Positions 38,683 through 52,676 of a stretch of DNA of 64,000 nt are shown in pieces. Position 1 is the stretch's first letter; the number at the start of each line of letters is the position of its first letter. The DNA comes from Candidatus Velthaea sp. (GTDB taxonomy: Bacteria; Vulcanimicrobiota; Vulcanimicrobiia; Vulcanimicrobiales; Vulcanimicrobiaceae), in assembly GCA_965214935.1 (NCBI GenBank), contig CBDCCS010000011.1, positions 221,006 to 285,005 on the forward strand. The letters run 5' to 3'. Below the pieces are notes generated by a model that was given only the letters and a program-made list of their open reading frames with translations, ran no database searches and was not told where the DNA came from. Made by a program: the position numbers and the translations under genes.

Positions 38683-40029
38683 TTAGGGTCCGGCGGCCGG
38701 CAGAGTCGCGGCAAGGTCCTGACCGAGCACGATGACGACGCTGCCGGGCAAAACCGTCGCGGGTGAATCGGCCACCGCCGCCGTCGCCGGTACGGCATTG
38801 CCGAGCGCTCGGCGGACGACTTCAAGTGTCGGAGCGCTATCGTTGCGACCGTGAATCTGCGTCGTGACGATGTCATGCGAGTCGGCGTCGGTGACTTCGG
38901 AGATGACGAAACCTCGCCGTTGTAAATCGGCGGCGATCCGCGCAGCAAGTCCCGGTGTATGCGTTCCGTTTTCGACTCGGATGCGAATGTCGCCCGGAGC
39001 GGCCGCAACACCGGCGATCGCGTCGCCGTGCGAACTACGGAGCATCGCGTCGACAAGCGCTTTCTTGGCGCGCTCGTCAGGCACGAGCGAGTCGCCGTAG
39101 TCCGGTAATTGAATCGTCGACGTGTAAGGAACTTGCGCGGTTACGATGTTTTTGGGGTCCAGATGCGCGTAGGCGATCGCCGTCGACAATTGTTCGCGCG
39201 CGCTGATATCGGTTTCGACATCAGCGTGCACGACGGCGAGCAGCGATTGAACGTGCGTCAAGGTATTAAACCGGTCGCGTTCGATTTTCGCTATTAGGGC
39301 GTGAATGAGTTGCTGCTGACGCATGATGCGGCACGGATCGCTGCACCAGTCATGCCGGAACCGGGCATAGCCGACCGCGCTTTCGCCGTTGAGATGCTGC
39401 AAGCCGGGCTTGAGGTGAATGGCAAGGTGGCCCCAATGATCGTCATAGTCGATCGGGCCATTGGGTCCGGTGCCCTTGAGCGCAGCGGAGTTCTTCACCG
39501 TGATATCGATGCCGCCGATTGCATCGACAATATCTTTTGCGGTATCGATCCGGAGCACCACAAAGCGATCGAAATTTGCGATCCCGAGCCATTGCGCGAC
39601 AACCGTCTCGGATTCGCGAATACCGCCTTGCGACTGAGCGGTGTTGATTTTCGCCGTCTTGCCGTCCGGCAATGTCGCAACCATATCGCGCGGTACCGAC
39701 AATTCCGCGACCCGGCCGGCACGCAGATCGAGGTCGATCGCCATGATGATATCGCTGCGCGACTGTTTCGACGATTCCTGATCTTTGCCGTCATAGTCGT
39801 AGTCGAGCCCGACCAACAGTACGCGAACGTGGTCTTTGCCGAACAGCTTTTGCGGACTGGGAACGAAGAATTCTTGGACGGCACGAGCGACATGCGCCGG
39901 CGCTTGCACGACGGCGTAACCGGCCTGCTGACGCTCGAACGGGCGAAATGCAAGAAAACCGGCGATGCCGGCGCTTACACCCATCGCTGCGAGGGTCGTG
40001 CCGAGCACGGCTTGCCCGAATAACCTCAT
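38683..40029 (-). CDS. LCP (LytR-CpsA-Psr) family protein with LytR_C domain
   Basis: RSDIIM, SVPRD, KINTA, YARFRH, RIMRQQ and C-terminal VENGTHTPGLA...VIVLGQD. Confidence 0.9.
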   Translation of the reverse strand: MRLFGQAVLGTTLAAMGVSAGIAGFLAFRPFERQQAGYAVVQAPAHVARAVQEFFVPSPQKLFGKDHVRVLLVGLDYDYDGKDQESSKQSRSDIIMAIDLDLRAGRVAELSVPRDMVATLPDGKTAKINTAQSQGGIRESETVVAQWLGIANFDRFVVLRIDTAKDIVDAIGGIDITVKNSAALKGTGPNGPIDYDDHWGHLAIHLKPGLQHLNGESAVGYARFRHDWCSDPCRIMRQQQLIHALIAKIERDRFNTLTHVQSLLAVVHADVETDISAREQLSTAIAYAHLDPKNIVTAQVPYTSTIQLPDYGDSLVPDERAKKALVDAMLRSSHGDAIAGVAAAPGDIRIRVENGTHTPGLAARIAADLQRRGFVISEVTDADSHDIVTTQIHGRNDSAPTLEVVRRALGNAVPATAAVADSPATVLPGSVVIVLGQDLAATLPAAGP

Positions 40030-40098
40030 CGAACTCCTCGAACCGTCCGTGCTGTTGCAGCTTCGGCCGGTTCCGAGCGCAGCTACGGTTTTACCTGA

Positions 40099-42601
<2,503 letters not shown>

Positions 42602-42626
<25 letters not shown>

Positions 42627-43651
42627 ACCGCGCGACGGCAGGGGCGGCCGGCCGGGTCGATTTGGCCTTCGACCGGCGCTGCACGTCGCATATGTCGGCC
42701 GGAATGACGCTGTACGTCCGAAAATTCATCGACTTGCTGCCGTCGCTCGCTCCCGATTTGCGCGTTGCATTCATCGGTGAGGGTGACAATTTCGATGTCG
42801 CCGAGCAGGTGCGTTTGCCGCTTCAGATCGCTCGCTTACGGCCGCGGGTCGTCCACGTTCCAACGCCGTTCGTTCCGCTCGCGCTGCCCTCTAATGCAAT
42901 CGTTACCATACACGACCTCATCGATCTGCATTATCCGCACTTCGGCAAGCGCAAAGTGGCGCCGTACTATCGCTATCTGGTCGCACCGGTCGTGCGCCGC
43001 GCCCGGGCAATCGTTACCGACGATCGAGCGACGGTCGCGGACTTGCAAAAGTTCTTGGGGGTCGATCCGGGACGCATACGCATCGTGCCGCTGGGGGTCG
43101 ATCTTGTTGCTCCGGCGCGCATCGAAGCGCGCGAACGGCCGTTTTTTTTGTACGTCGGTAACCATCGGCGACATAAAAATCTCGCGACGCTCGTTGCGGC
43201 TTGGTCGCGATTACCCGCGCAGTTACCAGCCGACTTATTGATCACCGGCGAGCGAGACGGTGCCGCGCTCGGGCAGTCGCACACGCGTGAGTGCGGGGAC
43301 CTCGTCTTTATCGGTACGCGAACGGACGCCGAAATCAGCGCGTTCTATCGGGCGGCGCGCGCGTACGTCCATCCGGCTCTGCGCGAAGGCTTCGGACTGC
43401 CGATGCTCGAGGCGATGCGCGCCGGAACGCCCGTCATCGCCGCGCGATCGTCCGTGCCCGAAGTTCTTGCACCGTACGCGTACGGCTTCGCGGCAACCGA
43501 CGTCGATGCACTGCGCGCCCTGCTGCTTAACGCATTGACCGACCCGGGCTTCGCACCGCGTGCGCAAGCCGCGCAGATCGCAACGCGCGAGCTGACCTGG
43601 CAACGGACCGTTGCAGCGACGATCGGCGTCTATCGAGAGTTCCTCGCGTGA
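42602..43651 (+). CDS. GT4 glycosyltransferase (MtfB-like)
   Basis: TIHDLI, YVGNHRRHKN and EGFGLPMLEAMRAGTPV. Confidence 0.88.
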
Positions 43652-44659
43652 TCGACGTTGCAATCGACGCGCGGGTCACGCGTCGCATGTCGTTCGGCGT
43701 ACGCGCATATTTGCGCGAGCTGCTCGCGCGCTTGCCGGCTGTCGCGCCCGATATCTCGATCGCCGCACTCGGCTGGGGAGAAAATTTCAGCGTTGCCGAG
43801 CAACTCGGTTTGCCTTGGACGATCCGCAGCAGCCGCGCGCGCAGCGTTCACTATCCGACCATGTTTGCGCCGCTCATTCGAGTTGCAGCCATATCTACTG
43901 ACGGTCCACGATCTCATTCATTTGCGCTTTGCTGCACTCTTCGGACGAGCGACCGCGTTGCATTACGCGCTCGTTGCGATCCCGCTGGCACGCCGTGCGA
44001 CCTGCCTTGTGATGGGCGACGAGCGAACCGTCGCTGATTGCGAACGGTATTTAGGGGTCGATCCGCAACGCTGCCGTGTCGTGCCCTTAGGCTACGATCC
44101 GGCATTACTCGAAGCAGATGAAGTGCTCGAAACCGAACGTCCGTTTTTATTTTATGCCGGCAATGCAAAGCCGCATAAAGATCTCGCAACGCTATTTGCG
44201 GCGTGGGCGGCAATCGAACCCCGGCGAACGATCGATCTGCGGATAACGGGTTCAGCGGCGCCGGATGTCGCTCAACGCTACACGCGCGTGCATGGGCGGC
44301 TGATCTTCACCGGTCATCTCTCGGCGCGCGACTTGCGCCGGCATTATCGCGCGGCTACCGCGTACGTTCATCCGGCGCTATACGAAGGTTTCGGCATTCC
44401 GATGCTCGAGGCAGCCGTCGTCGGCACGCCGGTCATTGCAAGCCGGTCTGCCGTTCCAAAGATCGTCGAGCCGTTCGCGCGAACGTTCGCGCCCGGCGAT
44501 CTGCGCGAGCTAACCGCAACGCTCGACGATGCCGTCCGGGATGACGGACCATTCCGCGCCGCCGCAGCCGGCGGCGTCGCAACGCTGCGCGCCTATACCT
44601 GGGATCGCTTCGCCGCCGGCACTGCCGCGATCTATCGGGACATCATCGGGTGCTCGTGA
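43648..44659 (+). pseudogene. GT4 glycosyltransferase (MtfB-like), split by one +1 frameshift near 43882 (or a sequencing error)
   Basis: The first frame gives VAIDAR...GENFSVAEQ...YPTMFAPLIR. The next frame continues LQPYLLTVHDLIH...EGFGIPMLEA. Paralogous to the upstream GT4. Confidence 0.8.
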
Positions 44660-44745
44660 CCGTTGGACGCCGAGGGCGTTGGCGGCCGGCGCGCGTATAC
44701 GTAAGCGCAGTCCGCCGCGCGCACCGCTTCTCACGAGGTCAACGA

Positions 44746-46320
44746 ATGTCTATCGGTTTGCGCCGGGTTGCTGCTCTTGCGGCCATGTTCGGGCTTCTTG
44801 GGAATACTGCGGCGCACGCTCAACGGGTTGTGCCGCATCCGGTCGCCAAAGCGAAAGCCCGCACCGAGCAGCCGACACGCAACATCGCCATTGCAATCAA
44901 CGGCGAAACGATCGCGGCCGACCCGGCTCCGCGCATCGTCAACGGTCATGTTTTGGTGCCGATCGTTCGGATCTACGGCGCGCTCGGCATCGCGGTAGCG
45001 CGCGATGGCGACGACATCGTTGCGGCAGCACCGTCGAAGAGCATCCGCCTGCATATCGGCTCCGACCAAGCAACGATCGACAACCGGACGATCCGGATGG
45101 ATGGGCCGGCAACCGAAATTGACGGTGCAACATACGTCCCGCTGCGCTTCGTGGCCGACTCGCTCGGCGCGCAGGTTAGCTACGCGTCGAAGGCGGCCCG
45201 CGTCGACGTAACTTCGTCGCTGGTCGGTCGCACGCCGTCGCTAACGCAAAACGAAGGCGGAGGACGAACGCAAATCGTCGGTACCGTCACCGCGGTCGAT
45301 TTGAACTCGGCGCCTGAATCGATTACGGTGAGCCGCAGCGGTTCGATTCGTTCGATCTCGATCAACTCCGATGCGCGCATTGTTTTGCAAGATACGGTCG
45401 TCCGAACGAGTACGCCGGCAACGCTGGCCGACGTGCACGCCGGTGACGCGGTCAGCACGTATTTAACCAAGAGCGGCAAAGTCGATCAAGTTATCGTGCG
45501 GTATGCTTCGCGGACCGGTACGGTCGCCGCCGTCACGCCGTCGGCGATCGTCTTGCGCGACGGGCATGTCATTACCGCCGACCGCGCGACGGACATCACG
45601 CTCAACGCTTCGCCCGCGAACATCGGCGACGCGCAGATCGGAGATACCTTGATCGTTCGCGCGAATCCCGATACCGGTGAGAAACGGCAGATCATCATCT
45701 CGCGCGCGGTCGCATCGACACCGCAACCCGCGAACGGCGGCGTGACGATTACCGCTTTTAGCGTCGATGCCGGCAGCGCGCTACGCGCCGGCGACAGCTT
45801 CGGCGTTGCGCTTAAAGGTACGCCCGGCGGAAAAGCAAGCTTCGATATTGGTGAGTATGTCGAAGCAATCCCATTACATGAAGATGCGCCGGGCGTCTAT
45901 ACGACGCGTTATACCATTGCACCGAACGTGAATTTCGGGCAAGTCGCCATGTACGGTCACCTGACGGTCAACGCCGTCGCAGCGCCGCGCGTCCAAGCGC
46001 CGTCGCTCATCGCGATATCGACGACTCCGCCGACGATCTCGGACTTCGCGCCGCCGGCGGGGCAAACCGTCAACAACCCGACGCCGAGTATCTTTGCGAC
46101 CTTCGGCTCGCCGACGAACGTCGGCATCAATACATCGACCGTGAGCATCAACGTTAACGGCTTGGATGTCACCGCGTCGGCATATCGCACCAACTCGTTT
46201 ATTACCTATAGTCCGAACGTGCCGCTGGGCGACGGCACGGTCAACGTACGGGTGTCGGTAACCGACGCCGCCGGCAATCGCGCCGAACGCTCGTGGGCGT
46301 TCACGATTCGTTCGCATTGA
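44746..46320 (+). CDS. Secreted protein with copper amine oxidase N-terminal (stalk/AMIN-like) domain and beta-rich/Ig-like domains
   Basis: Signal peptide. PRIVNGHVLVPIV and IDGATYVPLRFVADSLGAQV. C-terminal VTDAAGN. Confidence 0.78.
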   Translation: MSIGLRRVAALAAMFGLLGNTAAHAQRVVPHPVAKAKARTEQPTRNIAIAINGETIAADPAPRIVNGHVLVPIVRIYGALGIAVARDGDDIVAAAPSKSIRLHIGSDQATIDNRTIRMDGPATEIDGATYVPLRFVADSLGAQVSYASKAARVDVTSSLVGRTPSLTQNEGGGRTQIVGTVTAVDLNSAPESITVSRSGSIRSISINSDARIVLQDTVVRTSTPATLADVHAGDAVSTYLTKSGKVDQVIVRYASRTGTVAAVTPSAIVLRDGHVITADRATDITLNASPANIGDAQIGDTLIVRANPDTGEKRQIIISRAVASTPQPANGGVTITAFSVDAGSALRAGDSFGVALKGTPGGKASFDIGEYVEAIPLHEDAPGVYTTRYTIAPNVNFGQVAMYGHLTVNAVAAPRVQAPSLIAISTTPPTISDFAPPAGQTVNNPTPSIFATFGSPTNVGINTSTVSINVNGLDVTASAYRTNSFITYSPNVPLGDGTVNVRVSVTDAAGNRAERSWAFTIRSH

Positions 46321-47915
46321 AGCGCCAAGCGGTGCAGGTCGCCGTCGTGGCGATCGCGCTTCTTGTCGCCGGCTGCGACGGACCGGATGCCGGCAACGTC
46401 GCCGCGCCGCTCGTGATGGCTCGCGTTAAAGATGCCGTCGGTCTCGATCCTTCACACGTTACCGACGGCATTTCGCTCGACACGACGCCCGAAGTCATGG
46501 AGAACCTCGTCACCTTCAGACCCGGTTCGTTCGACATCGCTCCGGCGCTGGCGACGAGTTGGAAATCGAACGCCGCCGGTACCGATTGGACCTTTACGTT
46601 ACGCCGTGGAGCGCTGTTTGCCGACGGCACGCCCGCCGATGCCGCAGCGGTTAAATTTAATTTCGATCGCTGGCGCTTAACGACCGATCCGCAGCGCGGT
46701 AATTTCGATTACTCGTATTACGCCGACATGTTCGGCGGCTTTCCCGGCGTGATCCGGGACGTCCGCGCGCCGGCGCGGCAGACCGTCGTCTTGCAACTCA
46801 CGCATCCGTTTGGACCATTTCTGCGCGATCTTGCAATGCCGTCGTTCGCCATCGGTTCGCCCGCCGCGATCAAGGCCGACGCGCAGGCCTTCGAGCTCAA
46901 ACCGGTCGGCAGCGGGCCGTACAGCGTGGCCGAGTGGGTGCGCGACGATCACATCACCCTTACGGCGAATCCGCGCTACAACGGGCGGCTCAAAAAGCCG
47001 GCCTATCAGACCGTCGTCATTCGCGACATCCCGGATCAAGCAACGTCGGTACTATCGATCGAAAAAGGCGATATTGCGATGCTCACCGATCCGCGCGCCG
47101 ACGACGTAAAAGTGCTGGTTCGGCACAAGGGCATTGCGGTCGCAAATCAGCCGTCGAATAATCTGGCCTATCTTGCACTCAACGTCGAGCAGAAGCCGTT
47201 CGATCAACTGCGCGTACGCCGAGCCGTCGCCTATGCCGTCGATGCGGCGGCGATCGCGCGCGGCCTGTATGCGCCGGGCACGCTCGTGGCCGCAAACTGG
47301 ACGCCGCCGGGCATGCTTGGTGAAAACACGGCCGTCAAGCCGTACGTTCGCGATATTGCCAAAGCCAAAGCGTTGTTACAAGCTGCCGGCCTGCCCAACG
47401 GCTTTTCCGCGAACTTGTATTATCCGACCGCACCGCGCCCGTATATGCCCGAGCCGCAGCGCTTGGCCGAAACGCTGCAAGCGCAACTCAAAGATGCCGG
47501 CATTCAAATTACGCTCCAACCGTATGAGTTCGGCGTGTTCCTCAGTAAAGTTCGCAACGGCGAGCATCAGATGTGTTTGATCGGCTGGAGCGGCGATAAC
47601 GGCGATCCGGATGATTTCCTGTATCCGCTGCTCGACCAGGACTCGGCGCACAAAGGCACGGCGCAGAATTATTCGTTTTGGCGCGATCCGAAGTTTCACG
47701 CGCTCATGCTCGCGGGTCAAAGCACGGTCGATGAAGCCAAGCGCAACACGATCTACAAGGCGGCAAACGCAATGGTGCACGATCAGGCCCCGGCGATCCC
47801 GCTCGTGCATACGGTCGTGCCGGTCGCTTTGAGTACGTCGATCGCGGGTTTCGTCCCGAGCCCCGATACGCGTTATCACTTCGAGCTCATCAAACCCGGA
47901 GAGACGGCCAAATGA
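46317..47915 (+). CDS. ABC transporter family-5 (DppA/OppA-like) substrate-binding lipoprotein
   Basis: Lipobox LVAGC, PALATSW, WTFTLR.G..F.DG, PVGSGPY and GWSGDNGDPD. TTGA overlap. Confidence 0.9.
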   Translation: MKRQAVQVAVVAIALLVAGCDGPDAGNVAAPLVMARVKDAVGLDPSHVTDGISLDTTPEVMENLVTFRPGSFDIAPALATSWKSNAAGTDWTFTLRRGALFADGTPADAAAVKFNFDRWRLTTDPQRGNFDYSYYADMFGGFPGVIRDVRAPARQTVVLQLTHPFGPFLRDLAMPSFAIGSPAAIKADAQAFELKPVGSGPYSVAEWVRDDHITLTANPRYNGRLKKPAYQTVVIRDIPDQATSVLSIEKGDIAMLTDPRADDVKVLVRHKGIAVANQPSNNLAYLALNVEQKPFDQLRVRRAVAYAVDAAAIARGLYAPGTLVAANWTPPGMLGENTAVKPYVRDIAKAKALLQAAGLPNGFSANLYYPTAPRPYMPEPQRLAETLQAQLKDAGIQITLQPYEFGVFLSKVRNGEHQMCLIGWSGDNGDPDDFLYPLLDQDSAHKGTAQNYSFWRDPKFHALMLAGQSTVDEAKRNTIYKAANAMVHDQAPAIPLVHTVVPVALSTSIAGFVPSPDTRYHFELIKPGETAK

Positions 47916-48262
47916 TAACCGACCCGGGTTGCATCTTTTGCCGGATCGTGCGCGGCGAGATACCGGCCGACGAAGTACTCCGCGACGAACACGTCGTCGC
48001 CTTTCGCGATCTCAATCCGGTCGCGCCGACGCACATTTTGGTCGTTCCCACGACGCACGTCGCGCACTTGAGTGCGTTTTCTGCAAGCGCAGAAGCACCG
48101 GTTGCGGCACGGCTGCTGACGGCCGCCGCGGAGCTCGGCAGCCGCTACGGTCCGCGCGGCTACCGCGTCGTCACCAACGAAGGCAGCGATGCCGGACAAT
48201 CGGTGTCGCATCTGCATTTGCACGTTCTGGCCGGGCGACCCCTGGGCTGGCCGCCGGGCTAG
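47912..48262 (+). CDS. HIT-family (HinT-like) nucleotide hydrolase
   Basis: CIFCRI, AFRDLNP and GQSVSHLHLHVLAGR. Confidence 0.92.
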   Translation: MITDPGCIFCRIVRGEIPADEVLRDEHVVAFRDLNPVAPTHILVVPTTHVAHLSAFSASAEAPVAARLLTAAAELGSRYGPRGYRVVTNEGSDAGQSVSHLHLHVLAGRPLGWPPG

Positions 48263-48330
48263 GAACGATTGTGGACTACGCCGGAACCGGCAAGCGCGGT
48301 CGCCGGAGCCCCGCCATCGAGGCAATGATA

Positions 48331-48871
48331 TCAAGCAGCGTTCGTTCGCTGTTGTAAACGGTTTGTGTTCGCTGCGCGAAATGACAAGGGTCGTCGCGCC
48401 GCTATGTAGCGAGATGTTCGCACTCGCCGTACTCGGACGGCCGCCCGACGGCCACGCGACGTTATCCCATGCCCACATAGCGTTCCGAGCGGTAGACCCA
48501 GCGGATCGAGAATCGGCACGCCGGCGTAAAATCGAATGAACGGCTCGCCCGTGACGAGCGGATTATCGGCAAAACGCGCATCTGCGGCGGTATCGCATAC
48601 CTCGAAGATTCCGCTGCCGAGAATGGCATATGCGCAGAACGCGACATCGCGACCGGTCGAATCGATCGTCAGGCCGCACTTTGCCTTGAACCACTGACGA
48701 TCTTCATCGACTAAACTCAAACAAGGCGATACCGACATCGCAAATGTTGGCCGCAAGTTGCGCGAGCGCATCGAACGCCGCTTCAGGCGGCGTATCGAGG
48801 CTGTCGTACGAACGCAAAGCGGTAAGGCGTTCGATTTCGTCCGGGGGTTTCGGCGCGGCCGGCATACGCAT
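48331..48871 (-). pseudogene. Degraded GAF-domain sensor gene (at least two frameshifts)
   Basis: MPAAPKPPDEIERLTALRSYDSLDTPPEAAFDALAQLAANIC shifts frame near 48720 into SLVDEDRQWFKA...RFADNPLVTGEPFIRFYAGVP...GTLC, then similarity is lost. Confidence 0.8.
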
Positions 48872-49000
48872 GCTTCTCGAATGACAAGCGCTTCACTAAC
48901 GCGACGGATTCATAGCTTGTATCGGCAAGCAGCAACATTAATCGACACCGGCGCCCGGCGACACCCTCCGTGTCTGCGGTTGTAATGACGACGGCCTTGT

Positions 49001-49029
49001 TTGACCGGACGAGCGTGGTGTGGTAACGT
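49001..49029 (+). promoter_or_regulatory. Sigma70-type promoter of the rpsU operon
   Basis: TTGACC-17 nt-TAACGT with a TG extension. Confidence 0.65.
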
Positions 49030-49099
49030 TTCGAGTCGGGCCTGTGTGAGAGCACGGGTCATTGACGGCGCTTGGCGCTGGGCGAAGGGAGGGTTGTTC

Positions 49100-49270
49100 G
49101 TGGAAGTACGAGTTGCACCGGGAGAAACGATTGAAAGCGCGCTGCGTCGCTTCAAGAAAGCGACGCAAAAAGCCGGCGTGCTGGCCGAAGCCCGTAAGCA
49201 CGAGCACTACGAAAAGCCGAGCGTCCGCCGGAAGAAGAAATCCGCCGCCGCCCGCAAGCGCCGCGCCTAG
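49100..49270 (+). CDS. rpsU: 30S ribosomal protein S21
   Basis: [13 protein letters not shown]...[31 protein letters not shown] before GTG. Confidence 0.96.
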   Translation: MEVRVAPGETIESALRRFKKATQKAGVLAEARKHEHYEKPSVRRKKKSAAARKRRA

Positions 49271-49372
49271 CGGCGCGAATGTCGGCACCGAGCGCCTCGC
49301 CATCCGGCGGGGCGCTTTCGTCCAAACGGCCGGGCTCGCTCCGGCCGTAGCCGGAAAGGCAAGATCGCGCAC

Positions 49373-49831
49373 ATGTCCATTAAAGACGAAATTAGCGCCG
49401 ACCTCAAAACGGCGATGAAGGCTCGCGATCAGACGCGTCTCGACACGCTGCGTTCGGTACTGTCGGCATTTACCTACCGGCGCGTCGAGGCCGGGCGCGA
49501 TCTCACGCCTGAAGAACAGCTCGCGGTCGTTCAAAAACAAGTTAAACAACGCAATGACTCGATCGAGCAGTTTGCAAAGGCCGGCCGGGCGGAACTTGTT
49601 GCGAAAGAAACCAACGAGCGCGACATCCTCGCTCAGTACCTGCCGGCTCAGAAATCAGCCGATGAAGTGCGCGCGATCGTGCGCGAGATCATCGACGGCA
49701 TACCTCCCGAACATCGAAGCCAGGGTGCGGTGATGAAAGCGGTGCTGCCGCGGCTCAAAGGCGATGCCGACGGAAACGTCGTGCGCCAAGTCGTCACCGA
49801 GTTGCTCAAAGCACTGCCGGCGGGTTCGTAA
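49373..49831 (+). CDS. yqeY: GatB/YqeY domain protein
   Basis: DLKTAMKARD, KQRNDSIEQF..AGR and YLPAQ. Follows rpsU. Confidence 0.9.
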   Translation: MSIKDEISADLKTAMKARDQTRLDTLRSVLSAFTYRRVEAGRDLTPEEQLAVVQKQVKQRNDSIEQFAKAGRAELVAKETNERDILAQYLPAQKSADEVRAIVREIIDGIPPEHRSQGAVMKAVLPRLKGDADGNVVRQVVTELLKALPAGS

Positions 49832-49862
49832 CCTTCGAGGTCGCGGCTCGGTACTGCCGTAG

Positions 49863-51149
49863 GTGAAGCGGTTCTGGATATGCACCGCCGCGGTGCTGGG
49901 AATGTTTGGTGCCGGCTCGGCCACGAGCGGTGCGGCGGCGACCCACCGCATCGAAGTGGTTCCGATCGGCGGCACGATCGATGCGGGGATGGCGCACATG
50001 GTCGGACGAGCGATCCGTGAAGCGCAAGCCGATCGTATGCAAGCAGTGGTTCTCGATGTCGATACGTTCGGCGGGCTGGTTTCGGCCGGTACGCAGATTC
50101 GCGATAGCGTGTTGAACTCGCCGTTGCCGGTGTATGCGTACGTCTCCGAACGCGCATGGTCGGCCGGCGCGCTCGTCACCCTGGCCGCCGAGCATATTGC
50201 GATGGCGCCCGGCTCGAGCATCGGCGCAGCCGAGCCGATCCCGAAAACAACCAAGTCCGTGTCGGCATTGCGCGGCGAATTCGAATCGACCGCCGCGCGC
50301 AATCATCGCGACTCGCGCCTTGCCGGCGCCATGGTCGATTCGAGTCTCGACGCTCCGCCCTATAAAGCGCCGGGAGCCATTCTGACGCTAACGGCCGACG
50401 ACGCATTGCACGCCCGTATCGCCGACGCGGTTTCGCCGTCGCTGATTGCCGCGCTGCACGGCTTCGGCGTCGCCGGCACGACGCTCGTTACCGCGAACTA
50501 CACTTGGGCCGAACGCATCGCGCGGTTCGCGACGAATCCCGACGTTAGCGGACTATTGTTGGCGATCGGGTTTCTCGGCTTGCTCGTTGAGATGCAGACG
50601 TTGCACGGTTTTGCCGGATCGATCGGTGCTGCGGCCTTGGGTTTGTTCTTCGGCACGCACGTTTATGCCGGTTTCTCCGACGTGACGGTCATCGCGCTCG
50701 GAATCGCCGGCATCGTAGCGATTTTCTTCGAGTTGCACGTATTGCCGGGGCACGGTCTGGCCGGCGTTCTCGGTACCGGTGCGCTGCTGATTTCGGTTAT
50801 TTTCGCGTTCGGTTCGGCGTATCTAGGGGTTGCCGTCGAAGCGCTCGCGATTGCCGTACTGCTAAGTGTCGCGGGGCTCGTCGGGTTGGCGCGCTTTTAC
50901 CGGCGCAACGCATTCATGTCGCGTTTGGCATTTGCGGGCGTGCAAGGGCCGGACTACGTCGCCGGTAACTACTACGGCGAATTGATCGGCCGCACCGGAT
51001 TTGCCGTCTCGTATCTTCGTCCTTCGGGCATCGCGACCATCGACGGTCAACGCGTCGACGTGCTTTCCGAAGGCGAGTTCGTCAGCGCCGGTTCGGCCAT
51101 TCGCGTCACGCGCGCGGAAGGCGCCCGGGTCTTTGTCCGGCCCGTCTGA
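49863..51149 (+). CDS. nfeD: NfeD-family membrane-bound ClpP-class protease (YqeZ-like)
   Basis: [27 protein letters not shown] region and C-terminal LRPSG OB-fold. Precedes floA. Confidence 0.88.
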   Translation: MKRFWICTAAVLGMFGAGSATSGAAATHRIEVVPIGGTIDAGMAHMVGRAIREAQADRMQAVVLDVDTFGGLVSAGTQIRDSVLNSPLPVYAYVSERAWSAGALVTLAAEHIAMAPGSSIGAAEPIPKTTKSVSALRGEFESTAARNHRDSRLAGAMVDSSLDAPPYKAPGAILTLTADDALHARIADAVSPSLIAALHGFGVAGTTLVTANYTWAERIARFATNPDVSGLLLAIGFLGLLVEMQTLHGFAGSIGAAALGLFFGTHVYAGFSDVTVIALGIAGIVAIFFELHVLPGHGLAGVLGTGALLISVIFAFGSAYLGVAVEALAIAVLLSVAGLVGLARFYRRNAFMSRLAFAGVQGPDYVAGNYYGELIGRTGFAVSYLRPSGIATIDGQRVDVLSEGEFVSAGSAIRVTRAEGARVFVRPV

Positions 51150-51229
51150 CCGGCGCAGCCGAGCGGTGCAACGAATACCACGGCCGAAGCGTCGAAGCAA
51201 GCGCGTCGGCGCGGCGTAAGGAGAGGCGT

Positions 51230-52228
51230 ATTTCCGGTATCGCGTTTATCGTCGTCGTCGCCGCATTGCTGCTCGGCGTCATACTGTTTCTGTATTACTT
51301 TCCGCTCGGACTGTGGATACGGACGATCGCAGCCGGCGTACCGCTTTCGATCAGCGCGCTAATCCGCATGCGCTTGATCGGCGTTCCTGCCGGGGTAATC
51401 GTCTCGAATCTCGTGCGCTCGCGCAAAGCCGGACTTGCAATAACCGTCGATCAACTGCAATCGCACATCTTGGCCGGCGGTAATATCGACAATGTTACCC
51501 TTGCGATGATCGCCGCGCAGCGCGCGCAGATTCCGCTCGAATGGCAACGTGCCGCCGCCATCGACCTGGCGGGGCGCAACGTACTCGAAGCGCTGCAAAC
51601 GTCGGTGAATCCGCGCGTGATCGAAACGCCGATTTTTCAGGGTGTCGCACAAAACGGAATTCAGCTCAATGTAAAAGCGCGAATTACGGTTCGCAGCAAT
51701 CTCGAACGCTACGTCGGCGGCGCCGGAGAGCCGACGATCGTTGCGCGCGTCGGTGAAGGCGTCGTGTCGGCGGTCGGTGCAGCGGTCGATCACAAAGAAG
51801 TTCTAGAATATCCCGACCGCATCTCGAAAGCCGTGCTGCTCAAGGGCCTTGACGCCGGCACGGCGTTCGAGATCGTTTCCATCGACATCGCCGATGTCGA
51901 TGTCGGTAAAAACATCGGCGCGGAATTACAGACATCGCAAGCCGAAGCCGATCGGCGCATCGCGCAAGCCAAAGCGGCCGAACGTCAATACGCCGCGCAG
52001 GCTGCCGAACAAGAGCAGAAGGCCGAGACGCAGCGCATGCGCGCCAAAGTCGTTGAGGCCGAGGCGAGCATCCCGCAAGCGATCGCCGAGGCGTTTCGCA
52101 GCGGTCATCTCGGGATCATGGATTACTACAAGCTCAATAACATCAAAGCCGACACCGATATGCGCGGGGCGATCGGCGTCGGCATCGCACCGCCCGAGGC
52201 ACAGCCGCCGCCGGCAAGCGTACGCTAA
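51230..52228 (+). CDS. floA: Flotillin-like protein FloA (YqfA); probable ATT start
   Basis: [30 protein letters not shown] and GIMDYY. AAGGAG lies 6 nt before an in-frame ATT at 51230. Confidence 0.93.
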   Translation: MSGIAFIVVVAALLLGVILFLYYFPLGLWIRTIAAGVPLSISALIRMRLIGVPAGVIVSNLVRSRKAGLAITVDQLQSHILAGGNIDNVTLAMIAAQRAQIPLEWQRAAAIDLAGRNVLEALQTSVNPRVIETPIFQGVAQNGIQLNVKARITVRSNLERYVGGAGEPTIVARVGEGVVSAVGAAVDHKEVLEYPDRISKAVLLKGLDAGTAFEIVSIDIADVDVGKNIGAELQTSQAEADRRIAQAKAAERQYAAQAAEQEQKAETQRMRAKVVEAEASIPQAIAEAFRSGHLGIMDYYKLNNIKADTDMRGAIGVGIAPPEAQPPPASVR

Positions 52229-52600
52229 ATGAACCCGACGAGCGGGTCCCTTGCAGCTCTGCTGCGCGCGTACGTTCAGCGCGCCGCGGCGCGACGGAAA
52301 GTAGCACGAAGCGATATCGCCGCGGCATTGACCGAGCGCCGCAACGTTGATCTGCGTCCGGTCAGCGGTCCGCTAAGAACGCCAATCGCTCCCGCCTCGC
52401 CGAACGTTTTGCCGGCCGCGCCCGGTCCGGCACGGCCGGCCGTACAGCGGGCCGTGCAAGCCGAATCGCTCGAAGAACGCTCGGGCGTCAAGGGCGAAAT
52501 TCGGCTGGTGCGAGACTTGTTCGGCAATCCGCAGACGTTGGTTGCTGCGTTGATCGCCGGCGAAATATTGGCTCCGCCGATTGCTTTGCGTGAGCGCTGA
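52229..52600 (+). CDS. YqfB-like hypothetical protein
   Basis: Position after floA. C-terminal ALIAGEILAPP motif. Confidence 0.6.
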   Translation: MNPTSGSLAALLRAYVQRAAARRKVARSDIAAALTERRNVDLRPVSGPLRTPIAPASPNVLPAAPGPARPAVQRAVQAESLEERSGVKGEIRLVRDLFGNPQTLVAALIAGEILAPPIALRER

Positions 52601-52676
52601 GAACCGTCGTACGGCGACACGCGTTATGATGGTGAAGCCGGCGGCGTTCGACCGGCGGATGTCCGAGGAGAGTTCA

